From a bacterium (GTDB lineage Bacteria; JAHJDO01), in NCBI GenBank assembly GCA_043824255.1, contig JBDRTG010000007.1, positions 13,896 to 77,895 of the forward strand: 64,000 nt of DNA. Direction: 5' to 3'. Positions 55,985-64,000 of the stretch are shown here, in pieces. The position numbers were made by a program, and so were the translations under genes. How positions within the stretch are numbered: position 1 is the first letter of the stretch; every line of letters starts with the position of its first letter. The notes beneath the pieces are model-generated. The model did no database searches and was not told the DNA's origin. It saw nothing but the letters and a program-made list of their open reading frames with translations.

Positions 55985-57174
55985 TGAGCAGTATGAAGAG
56001 AGAATGCCATGTACTTGTAGTTGGCGGCGGTGTTGCAGGAACCATTGCTGCTGTTAGGGCTGCACGCAAGGGAGTACATACAATCTTAGTAGAAAGAAAT
56101 AATTTTCCAGGAGGAACAGCAGTAACTGGCTTGCACTGTTTTATCTGTGGCTTGTATGTTAATGATACCAATGTGCCAAAGCATACCATTAATAAAGGAA
56201 TTGTCAGGGAAATTTGTTCTCAACTGAAGACCCTGGCACCTGAGAAGAAAGTACTGCGTATGGGCAGGGTATATGTTCTTCCATACTCAAGGCAAGACCT
56301 TGTATCTGTTTTTCGTTCTCTGACCAAAAACGAGAAACAACATATTGAGGTTTTATACAATACACAAGCAGTTTCAGTAAGAACAGAACAAAACACTATA
56401 GCAGCTGTTACAGTACGTGGCCCGAAGGGTGTCTTTGACATTGTTCCTAGAGCTGTTATTGACTGCAGCGGACACGGTGTAATTATTCAACAGAGCGGGG
56501 CAAAGTATCAGTCATCATCTCCAAAACAGCGCCAGCTTGCAGGATATACATTTCGAGTTAAAGGATTAAAAGGCAGAGATAATATGGCAGCAGTAAGGGT
56601 GCCTTATTATCTGGCGCAGGCATATGCTGAAAAGAAAATACCTCTTTATCTTAAATTTACAACATTCACTCCTGTAGATAATATAGATGAGGGGTTGTTT
56701 AAAATCAGCATTCCTCCAGCGCGAGATGGTATCCAACTTGCAAAAAAGAATGCGCTTGTAGTACACCAGTATCTATGTAAAGTTCTGCCTTTATTCAAAA
56801 ATTCTTATATTTCTGATACATCGTCTGAAGTTCTTGAGCGGGAAGGGACTAGACTCTGTGGTGAATATACTTTAAGCGCAAGCGATATAATAAATGCACG
56901 AAAATTTCCTGACGGAGTTGTGAAAAATTCATGGCCAATTGAGCTGTGGGATCAAAAAAAAGGCCCGCAGTATCGTTATCTTAATCCCGGAGATTACTAC
57001 GAAATTCCTGTGCGCTGTCTTAAATCACAAGAAATTTCTAATCTGTTTTGCGCTGGACGCTGTATATCAGTATCCCAGGAGGCTTTAGGCTCTACCAGGG
57101 TTATGGGAACATGTATGTCTTTGGGTGAACAGGCAGGTTGTGAAGCTGTCAGGATGGTGAATACTTACTTATGA
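55981..57174 (+). CDS. FAD-dependent oxidoreductase
   Basis: VGGGVAG, IDCSG, REGTRL.GEY, YEIPVRCL, NLFCAGRCIS, STRVMGTC..LGEQAG. Confidence 0.85.
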   Translation: MMSSMKRECHVLVVGGGVAGTIAAVRAARKGVHTILVERNNFPGGTAVTGLHCFICGLYVNDTNVPKHTINKGIVREICSQLKTLAPEKKVLRMGRVYVLPYSRQDLVSVFRSLTKNEKQHIEVLYNTQAVSVRTEQNTIAAVTVRGPKGVFDIVPRAVIDCSGHGVIIQQSGAKYQSSSPKQRQLAGYTFRVKGLKGRDNMAAVRVPYYLAQAYAEKKIPLYLKFTTFTPVDNIDEGLFKISIPPARDGIQLAKKNALVVHQYLCKVLPLFKNSYISDTSSEVLEREGTRLCGEYTLSASDIINARKFPDGVVKNSWPIELWDQKKGPQYRYLNPGDYYEIPVRCLKSQEISNLFCAGRCISVSQEALGSTRVMGTCMSLGEQAGCEAVRMVNTYL

Positions 57175-58601
57175 ATATTGTAGATGTAATAAAAAGCGAA
57201 ACAAAAAAGCTTCAGGAGAAAATTGCTGTTATTGACGGAAATAAACAGATTTCTTATGGTGAGCTGTTTTCTGCTGTGGACAAAATTGCATATGAATTGA
57301 GGGCATACGGAGTTCAGCCGGCTCAACGTGTAGCATTACTATGTGAAGACAGTATTGATTATATTATTATTAGTCTGGCTGTACTGTCTTTACCTGCAGT
57401 TATTGTTCCAGTATCTACATCGTTATCCATATATGAAGTTGATGATATACTGGAAAGAATTGATGTGAATGCTTTGCTCTCTGATAAAAGAAAGTGTATC
57501 AAACATGGCAGCCTTCGAATTTTTTCTGATTGTGTGTATGAAAAAGAAATTTTCCTATATCAGCGCGCAACACAGGAACAGGTTCCATCGGATTATTATG
57601 CGTTAAATCCTGCTTTTATCCGGTTTTCATCGGGAACAACCGGGGTAAGCAAAGGAGTAGTAATTTCCCATGAAGCTATTATTCAGAGAACCAATGCTGC
57701 AGATAAAGGGTTGAATATCACTTCCAACGATATAGTGATATGGGTTCTTTCCATGAGTTTTCATTTTGTAGTAACGATTCTCCTTTTCCTGCGGCGCGGG
57801 GCAACAATTATTCTCTGCAGCCGTGCGTTCCCTGAATTACTGCTTGAGGAATTGAAAACCCACAGAGGGACATTTATATACGCTTCACCCTTTCACTATC
57901 ATATGCTGACAAAATCGAATATGCTTTCTTCCAATATGTTAAGTCGTATCCGTATGGCTGTGTGTACAGCAGTAAAGCTGCCTGTTGATATAGCGAATGA
58001 TTTTCATAAAAAGTTTGGTTTCCAACTGACTGAAGCGTACGGAATTATTGAAGTAGGCCTGCCGTTTCTCAATTATTCTAAAGATAAAACGAAGCAAGCC
58101 TCAGTAGGCAGAATTCTGCCAGATTACGAAGTGAAAATAGTAAATGCTGACGCTAAGGGGATTGGTGAGGTTTATCTTAAAGGAAAAGGAATGTTTGATG
58201 CATACTTTTCTCCATGGCAAAGCAAAAAGCAAGTATTGCATAACGGCTGGTTTAAGACAGGGGATATAGGCAGACTTGATAAAGAAGGCTTTCTGTTTCT
58301 TGTTGGCAGAGAAAAACATATCATTAATTTTGCCGGCATGAAAGTCTTTCCTTATGAAGTGGAATCAGTTCTCAATCAGCATCCGGATATCAAGGAGTCC
58401 CTTGTGTATGGTGTTACCCATCCTCAGTATGGGCAGCTTCCCTGCGCCAGGATCGTTCTGCAAAATAAAGTAAAAACGGATTTTGATATCAATAAGGTGC
58501 GCAAATTTTGCTATCAGAGATTAGCTTCATATAAGGTCCCAAAAGAGTTTCTATGTGTAGCCCGATTAGACAAAACAGCAAGCGGAAAGCTCAAGCGGTA
58601 G
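57171..58601 (+). CDS. AMP-dependent acyl-CoA/acyl-ACP ligase
   Basis: FSSGTTGVSKG, YGIIE, GWFKTGD, KTASGK. Confidence 0.9.
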   Translation: MNIVDVIKSETKKLQEKIAVIDGNKQISYGELFSAVDKIAYELRAYGVQPAQRVALLCEDSIDYIIISLAVLSLPAVIVPVSTSLSIYEVDDILERIDVNALLSDKRKCIKHGSLRIFSDCVYEKEIFLYQRATQEQVPSDYYALNPAFIRFSSGTTGVSKGVVISHEAIIQRTNAADKGLNITSNDIVIWVLSMSFHFVVTILLFLRRGATIILCSRAFPELLLEELKTHRGTFIYASPFHYHMLTKSNMLSSNMLSRIRMAVCTAVKLPVDIANDFHKKFGFQLTEAYGIIEVGLPFLNYSKDKTKQASVGRILPDYEVKIVNADAKGIGEVYLKGKGMFDAYFSPWQSKKQVLHNGWFKTGDIGRLDKEGFLFLVGREKHIINFAGMKVFPYEVESVLNQHPDIKESLVYGVTHPQYGQLPCARIVLQNKVKTDFDINKVRKFCYQRLASYKVPKEFLCVARLDKTASGKLKR

Positions 58602-58652
58602 GTGGTATAAAAAATTGACAAAGGCATAGAAAAAGTATTAGAATTAACCAGT

Positions 58653-59444
58653 ATGGCAGTTACAGGAGTAAAATTAGAGATGAAGTTCAGAGCATATGGC
58701 TTATCAGATTTAGGCAGAGTGCGCAAGCTAAATGAAGATAGCTTTCTGGTCAGTGATGATCTGAAGCTTTATCTTGTAGCTGATGGCATGGGTGGGCATG
58801 CAGCAGGTGATGTAGCAAGTCGCAAATCTATTGAATTAATAAAGGCCTTTATTGAACGCACAGCCAAAGACAATGATATTACCTGGCCATTTGAGATGAA
58901 CCCAGAACTAGCGCCTGAGGCTAATAAGCTCCTTACCGCAGTACGAATTGCTAATAAGAAAATATATGAGATGTCATTTTCTAACCCTGAACTTAAAGGA
59001 ATGGGAACAACTATAGCAGGGTTATCCATTGCTGAGGCGAAAGGGTATGTTGTGCATGTAGGCGACAGCAGGGTGTATTTAATGAGAAATGGAAGGCTGA
59101 AGCAGATTACAGAGGATCATTCATGGGTTAATGAGCAACTTAAAGAGAATGTAATAACGAAAGAGGAAGCCAAACAGCATCGCTGGAAGAATGTTATTAC
59201 ACGGGCTCTGGGTAGTGAGAAAGAGGTCAAGGTTGATCTACAGGAAGAGGATATTGTTCCTGTAGATATTTTTCTCATATGTTCCGATGGGCTGAGCGGT
59301 ATGCTGGAAAGAAAGACAATGGAGGATATTATAAAAAAACATATAGATAACCTTTCAAAAGCAGCAGAAGAAATGATAGACTATGCTAATAAAGCTGGAG
59401 GAGTTGATAACATTACAGTTGTTTTGGTAGAAGCTTATAGGTAG
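58653..59444 (+). CDS. PP2C-type Ser/Thr protein phosphatase (Stp1 family)
   Basis: GRVRKLNED, VADGMGGH, GMGTT, VGDSR, CSDGL, GGVDNIT. Confidence 0.95.
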   Translation: MAVTGVKLEMKFRAYGLSDLGRVRKLNEDSFLVSDDLKLYLVADGMGGHAAGDVASRKSIELIKAFIERTAKDNDITWPFEMNPELAPEANKLLTAVRIANKKIYEMSFSNPELKGMGTTIAGLSIAEAKGYVVHVGDSRVYLMRNGRLKQITEDHSWVNEQLKENVITKEEAKQHRWKNVITRALGSEKEVKVDLQEEDIVPVDIFLICSDGLSGMLERKTMEDIIKKHIDNLSKAAEEMIDYANKAGGVDNITVVLVEAYR

Positions 59445-59450
59445 CAATTA

Positions 59451-59630
59451 ATGTTTGTACAGAGTTTAAAAAACTTGTTGCTGGACGAAAAAGGGCAGGC
59501 AATGACGGAGTATGTTCTTGTAACAGTGATAGCTGTTCTCTGTCTGGCAGGTTGTTTTGAGATGTTTCGCAAGGCGCTAAAAACTTATTACGAGAGAATC
59601 GCTAGTCTTATTAGTTTACCTATTCCATAA
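59451..59630 (+). CDS. Flp-type pilin-like protein (not in ORF track)
   Basis: MFVQSLKNLLLDEKG|QAMTEYVLVTVIAVLCLAG...LPIP*; G|xxxxEY Flp motif. Confidence 0.8.
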   Translation: MFVQSLKNLLLDEKGQAMTEYVLVTVIAVLCLAGCFEMFRKALKTYYERIASLISLPIP

Positions 59631-59652
59631 ATAAATGAAAGGGGGTGACAAA

Positions 59653-59835
59653 ATGAAGAAGCTTAAAAACTTAATGAAAGGGATTATATTCGGGGAAGAA
59701 GGGCAGGGCATGACAGAATATATTCTGATAGTGGTGTTAATAGCCATTGCTGCCATAGTGGCGTTTAAGTACTTTGGAACAAAATTAAAAACAAAAGTTA
59801 CAGACGCAGCTGATGAGTTAGAATCAGCGCAATAA
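59653..59835 (+). CDS. Flp family type IVb pilin
   Basis: EEG|QGMTEYILIVVLIAIAAI; GGGGGTG SD before ATG 59653. Confidence 0.92.
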   Translation: MKKLKNLMKGIIFGEEGQGMTEYILIVVLIAIAAIVAFKYFGTKLKTKVTDAADELESAQ

Positions 59836-59843
59836 TTAACTTT

Positions 59844-60347
59844 ATGGCACTTTCAGACATATTACTAATATTGCTTTTGGTGATATCGCTAACGACAGAC
59901 TTGATTACGCACAAGATATATAATTGTGTGACTTTTCCTGCTGTAGCAGTAGGGCTGTTGCTTAGCGTTTGGAATCATGGCATTAGCGGGTTGACTAGCA
60001 GTATGCTGGGGCTCGCTATTGGGTTTTCTATTTTTGCCGTAGTTTTTGCCTTTGGCGGAGTAGGAGGAGGAGATGTTAAGTTAATGGCTGCTGTCGGAGC
60101 TATTGGAGGGTATCCATTTATCTTGAATGCTTGTTTTTATGGGATCCTGGCAGGTGGGATACTGGCAATAGCAGTGATGATATGGAAAGGAACATTCTGG
60201 AGAGGGCTAAAGAATATTTTTCGTCTTATTTTGAGCTTTATTATGCCCGGGTTAAAAACAGAAGCTTTAAAGCTGTCTAACAGTGAAAAGATTCCTTATG
60301 GAGCAGCGCTGAGTGTTGGGGTTTTTATTGCATGGGTTTTTAGATGA
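59844..60347 (+). CDS. cpaA: A24 prepilin peptidase (CpaA/TadV)
   Basis: TDLITHKIYN, GGGDVKL, IPYG. Confidence 0.9.
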   Translation: MALSDILLILLLVISLTTDLITHKIYNCVTFPAVAVGLLLSVWNHGISGLTSSMLGLAIGFSIFAVVFAFGGVGGGDVKLMAAVGAIGGYPFILNACFYGILAGGILAIAVMIWKGTFWRGLKNIFRLILSFIMPGLKTEALKLSNSEKIPYGAALSVGVFIAWVFR

Positions 60348-60847
60348 ATAAATACTTTAGGCGAATAAATAGCAGGGGTCAATCAATGGTTGAATTTGTT
60401 ATTGTTATGCCTGTTTTAATTCTCTTCGCAATGGCTATTATGCAGCTTGCTTTGATAGCAACTGCCAATATAGTAACTAATTATGCCGCCTTTTCAGCAG
60501 CCCGTTCATATTCTGTACATCAAGACGAGGATAAAGCAAAGCTCGCTGCTAGTATTGCACTGATACCTATTTCCAGCCAATCTTCAGGAGGGGTTCTGGA
60601 TTCGGCAATTTCTGAAATTCTTGAGAAAATTCCCATTCCTGATTGGGCACAAAACCTTGCAACAATAATTAAGCAGTATGCTTATGCTCAATCTAATACT
60701 ACAGTCAGCCAATCGGGTACTACTACTACTGTTAGATATAACTTTCAGCTGAATATGCCCATGGTTGGCAGAATAATTGGTGCTCAGGACGGTGATAGAT
60801 ATTATCTTCCTATTACGCAAAGCTGTAATGTAAATATAGAGAATTAA
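60344..60847 (+). CDS. TadE-like pseudopilin
   Basis: RG|QSMVEFVIVMP...AAFSAAR. Confidence 0.88.
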   Translation: MNKYFRRINSRGQSMVEFVIVMPVLILFAMAIMQLALIATANIVTNYAAFSAARSYSVHQDEDKAKLAASIALIPISSQSSGGVLDSAISEILEKIPIPDWAQNLATIIKQYAYAQSNTTVSQSGTTTTVRYNFQLNMPMVGRIIGAQDGDRYYLPITQSCNVNIEN

Positions 60848-60848
60848 G

Positions 60849-61340
60849 ATGAAACTAATCAAATTCGGCCGTGGTCAGGCAGCAGTAGAAGCAGCAATTG
60901 TCCTGCCGATTTTTATACTCATTATGATGATTGTTGTTCACTTTGGAAAGGTTATGGTGGCTCAATCCAGAGTTTACATAGCAGCCAGAGAAGGAGCCTT
61001 AAAGGAAACAAGGGAGGATGGCGGAGGAACCAGTGCGGTATTTTTTGGTCAGGGAAATGTCGATACCAGCTTTGATTTGTTAGGAGAAGCAGGTCTTCCA
61101 GATATGAGCTTTATACGTGGAGCTGAATACCTTACAAGTTTTCTCTCGTATGTGATGGCGAAAGGAAGCGCAAGAATGGATGTAACCTATACTGTACCAG
61201 CAGGACCTTATTTATCAACTATATTTGGCGAAGGAACTACAGTGAAAGGCAGCTGCCGTTTTCTAGGGTTCTGCTTCTCCAAGGATGAAATAATCAAGTG
61301 GATAAAACAACAGTTAGGGGAAATAGCGAGTCTCTTATAA
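60849..61340 (+). CDS. TadE/TadF-like pseudopilin
   Basis: RG|QAAVEAAIVLP...AAREGA. Confidence 0.85.
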   Translation: MKLIKFGRGQAAVEAAIVLPIFILIMMIVVHFGKVMVAQSRVYIAAREGALKETREDGGGTSAVFFGQGNVDTSFDLLGEAGLPDMSFIRGAEYLTSFLSYVMAKGSARMDVTYTVPAGPYLSTIFGEGTTVKGSCRFLGFCFSKDEIIKWIKQQLGEIASLL

Positions 61341-62236
61341 TGTTTATTCAAATTCATAAGCTCAGAAAAGATAACGGCGGACAGGCGGCGGTTTTTGCAG
61401 CTCTGATGCTTCTGGTGCTGGTTATGTTCATAATGCTGGTTGTGGACGTGGGACAGCTTGTAAGCTGGCGCATCAGAATGCAGAATGCGACTGATTCTGC
61501 TGCTATGGCAGGCGCAGTATGGCAGGCAAGAGGACTTAATGTAATAGCAATGCTCAATATTCTATGGGTTCCTGCATTTGTTATCGACCTTATTAAACTT
61601 TGGTTTACTGGAGATGTGAATTTTACTATTACCAATATTGTTCAAAAAATTCAGGATGTTATGAAATATGCTGTTCCTGTTATTGCTATTACTCAGGTAG
61701 CCACTTATGGCAGAGCTAATAAAGCAGATATAGCTGTGCCTTTGCCAACTGCCGTGGCAGAAAGCTTGCTTAGCATAAACAGTATTAGTGATGTTAAAGG
61801 AATTTTTGATGATGCTAAAAGCTTAACTTCATGGATTCCATGCTGGTTGAATGTAGAGAGAACCACTGTTTTTGTTTGTGCCAGTGGTAAGTTAGGGCCT
61901 ATGACGGGCGGAGAGGATGTCTATACCTTTTCCCTGGCATACAAGGGCTCTCAACCAGTTCTGATAGGCGGCTATCTTCTGGGCATTAGAATACCATCTA
62001 TTTATACAACAGCCAAGGCTGTTCCATATGGAGGAAGTCTTGGAGGAGAAATCCCTGAAGTTACTAAAGGCGCTGATCTTATTTTTTCATGGATAAAAAG
62101 CTTATGGAAGGAGGATAAAGATAAAACAGAAAGTCATATCGGAAGTAAAGTTAAATTTGATAATATATTTCCTGACCCAAATTACAAGGCAAAGTTTGAT
62201 AAAACAGGTTTTGAAAGAATACTAATGGTGCACTAA
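61340..62236 (+). CDS. TadG-like pilus assembly protein
   Basis: GG|QAAVF...DVGQ...MQNATDSAAMAGA. Confidence 0.82.
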   Translation: MFIQIHKLRKDNGGQAAVFAALMLLVLVMFIMLVVDVGQLVSWRIRMQNATDSAAMAGAVWQARGLNVIAMLNILWVPAFVIDLIKLWFTGDVNFTITNIVQKIQDVMKYAVPVIAITQVATYGRANKADIAVPLPTAVAESLLSINSISDVKGIFDDAKSLTSWIPCWLNVERTTVFVCASGKLGPMTGGEDVYTFSLAYKGSQPVLIGGYLLGIRIPSIYTTAKAVPYGGSLGGEIPEVTKGADLIFSWIKSLWKEDKDKTESHIGSKVKFDNIFPDPNYKAKFDKTGFERILMVH

Positions 62237-62995
62237 ATGATAAGGAAGGTAACGAAAATCACAGGGAAGGTTCTTCTAATAGCAATTCTGACTACAGCTC
62301 TGACTATCTATGGATTAATAAAAGGCGGCCAGGAACACAAAGTTTATGGGCTGATTTATGAATTGAATAATAAAATTAACCAGAGGCGTTTCAATCTTCC
62401 GGATATGATGAGAGGTATGGCAGGCAAATCTTATCGTGTGAAGATTAACTCTGAACCGGCTTTAATTGGCATGTATCATTCTTCATTATCCGCTCAAACA
62501 CTAATGAAACAATTTTCAAATGACCTGAAAACGAGAAATTTCAATGTTCAATGCAGGAAGAATATAGGCGGTAGTGAATTTATTTTGGCGAAAAAATCCA
62601 AATCAGTGAATCTTGGCATAGCTGTCTTACCTATGAGAAACACCAATGTTTCTGGAAGCATGATTTTTTGTTTAAGTTTTAAGGAATGGAGAGAATCAAA
62701 TGTTGAGGAGGATTTTATCAAGGATATGCCTATTTACCCGCTGAATTCTGATGCGCTCAGCTTTGAGCTTGGAGTTAGAGGAGTAAACTATAAAATATTA
62801 ATGTACAAGAGCCCAGCTGCAGCGTCCATACAGAAACTTTTTTATCAGAGCCGATTAAAAATGAGCGGGTGGAAGCTGGATGATAGTGGCGATTTACTCA
62901 GCGCTCAGAAAAAGGATGAAAAATGTTTGATTGTTTTTCCAGATGAAAATAATGACAAAACGAATAACTATGCTACAATAATTAAAATAAGTTAA
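62237..62995 (+). CDS. Hypothetical membrane-anchored protein in the Tad locus
   Basis: N-terminal TM; abuts the tadG-like gene; no family recognised. Confidence 0.6.
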   Translation: MIRKVTKITGKVLLIAILTTALTIYGLIKGGQEHKVYGLIYELNNKINQRRFNLPDMMRGMAGKSYRVKINSEPALIGMYHSSLSAQTLMKQFSNDLKTRNFNVQCRKNIGGSEFILAKKSKSVNLGIAVLPMRNTNVSGSMIFCLSFKEWRESNVEEDFIKDMPIYPLNSDALSFELGVRGVNYKILMYKSPAAASIQKLFYQSRLKMSGWKLDDSGDLLSAQKKDEKCLIVFPDENNDKTNNYATIIKIS

Positions 62996-63013
62996 TTTAG
63001 AAAGGAGAAAGAT

Positions 63014-63844
63014 ATGCAGAATAAAGCTTCATTGATAATGGGAGTTGTCTTAGGTATTTTAGCAATAATCATGGTGCACTTTTATATTCAAGGCGTTACA
63101 AGACCAATCTTTAAAGAAAAGGAGCTGGTAAGTGTTCTTGTAGCAGCAAAGGATATAAAAGCCAGAGAGAAAATTTCTAAGGGAATGGTAGAAGTTTCGC
63201 AGGTGCCTCGTAAGTTTAAAGATCCCAATGCACTGACTCCGGATGATATTGAGATAGTACAAGGGCAGAAGACGTTGTTTTTACTAAAAAAAGGTCAGCA
63301 GTTAACGTGGCTCTGTCTTGGCATGGAGAAGATGGAAGGATTATCTCCGCTCATAAGGCAGAAAGAGAGAGCAGTAACCATTTCTGTAGATGAGGTAACA
63401 GGGGTAGGCGGACATATCCAGCCGAATGATCATGTAGATCTTGCTGCAAATTTTACAGTGGAAGGAGAAAAAGCAGCAGGGATAACAACTCTCACTCTTC
63501 TTCAGAATGTAACTGTTCTGGCTGTAGGGCAGGAAGTAGGACGCAAAAGAGTGGATGTAGAGGAAACGCACTCTACAGCAGCAATGCTAAGGAGAGGATA
63601 TAATACTGTAACTCTCTCTTTAACATCTCAGGAGGCGGAAATGATTATCTTTGCTCAAGCAAGAGGGAAAATAACACTTGTTCTGCGCAATCCGGAAGAC
63701 TTAGAGGTGATACCAGACATGCCGAAAATTACAATGAGTTCTATTTTGCAGCTGGAGCAGGTTAAAAAACTTACTATCCAGCGTCAGGACAGAATCAAGG
63801 TGGAAGTAATTAAGGGCGGAGTTAAAACTATTGAACAATTCTAA
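63014..63844 (+). CDS. cpaB: Flp pilus assembly protein CpaB/RcpC
   Basis: SAF domain (VLVAAKDI), RAVTISVD...GVGGHIQPNDHVD, LLQNVTVLAVG, LVLRN. Confidence 0.93.
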   Translation: MQNKASLIMGVVLGILAIIMVHFYIQGVTRPIFKEKELVSVLVAAKDIKAREKISKGMVEVSQVPRKFKDPNALTPDDIEIVQGQKTLFLLKKGQQLTWLCLGMEKMEGLSPLIRQKERAVTISVDEVTGVGGHIQPNDHVDLAANFTVEGEKAAGITTLTLLQNVTVLAVGQEVGRKRVDVEETHSTAAMLRRGYNTVTLSLTSQEAEMIIFAQARGKITLVLRNPEDLEVIPDMPKITMSSILQLEQVKKLTIQRQDRIKVEVIKGGVKTIEQF

Positions 63845-64000
63845 ATCAGAAACATTAATAACAAAAAGAGTCCTGCAAAATAGGAAATTAAAGAAAGATA
63901 GAAGAAGAGAAGTAGAATAAAAAGAGATAAAAATGCACATTAAAAGCAGAGAAAAGGATTTGGATAGATTTATGGAAGAAATTAGGCGATTTAAGACATA

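Noticed and set aside
28215..58601. Claim that the cluster makes ladderanes or that the host is an anammox bacterium
   Set aside because: No anammox markers in the window, and similar islands occur in organisms not known to make ladderanes; gene content alone cannot give the product.
543..63940. Numerous short antisense or alternate-frame ORFs in the track
   Set aside because: They lie within well-supported genes and show no motifs or ribosome-binding sites.
63933..64000. Possible start of the next Tad gene
   Set aside because: Only about 22 codons visible; no recognisable motif.
1..64000. Transposases, integrases, prophage, rRNA, CRISPR arrays
   Set aside because: None recognised; the tRNA cluster shows no adjacent integrase or duplicated 3' end in this window.

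Overview
A low-GC bacterial chromosomal segment from a diderm, LPS-making (kdsB, hldD), probably anaerobic (complete rnfCDGEAB) organism. A prepilin/H-X9-DG protein suggests a PVC-like lineage (inference only). 1-28 kb is mostly housekeeping: an ECF sigma/anti-sigma operon, kdsB, rpmB, a long minus-strand run (three tRNAs, tig, clpP, a MerR-like gene, rplM, rpsI, zapA, 6S RNA, pdxA, rsmA, recJ), rnf, hldD, glycosylation genes and fba. It also holds an eroded IclR / QueG-like / U32-like / FGGY-kinase-remnant island. 28.2-58.6 kb is a ~30 kb type II PKS/fatty-acid cluster of the aryl-polyene/'ladderane-like' class: 3 ACPs, 3 intact KS, 2 CLF-like proteins, three radical SAM enzymes (one SPASM-hotdog fusion, two B12-binding), three flavoproteins, two adenylating ligases, a condensation-like domain, PlsC-, LpxL- and PagL-like proteins, and MMPL/LolA export. 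Several passenger modules interrupt it. 58.6-64 kb is a PP2C phosphatase and the start of a Tad/Flp pilus locus. Features read directly from the DNA and missed by the ORF track: a DegT aminotransferase with no canonical start codon, a second Flp pilin, a 50-aa basic protein, gene scars, several apparently leaderless promoters, tandem palindromic operator-like sites, and small palindromic/heptamer repeats, some inside coding sequence. All family assignments are by motif recognition; no searches were run.
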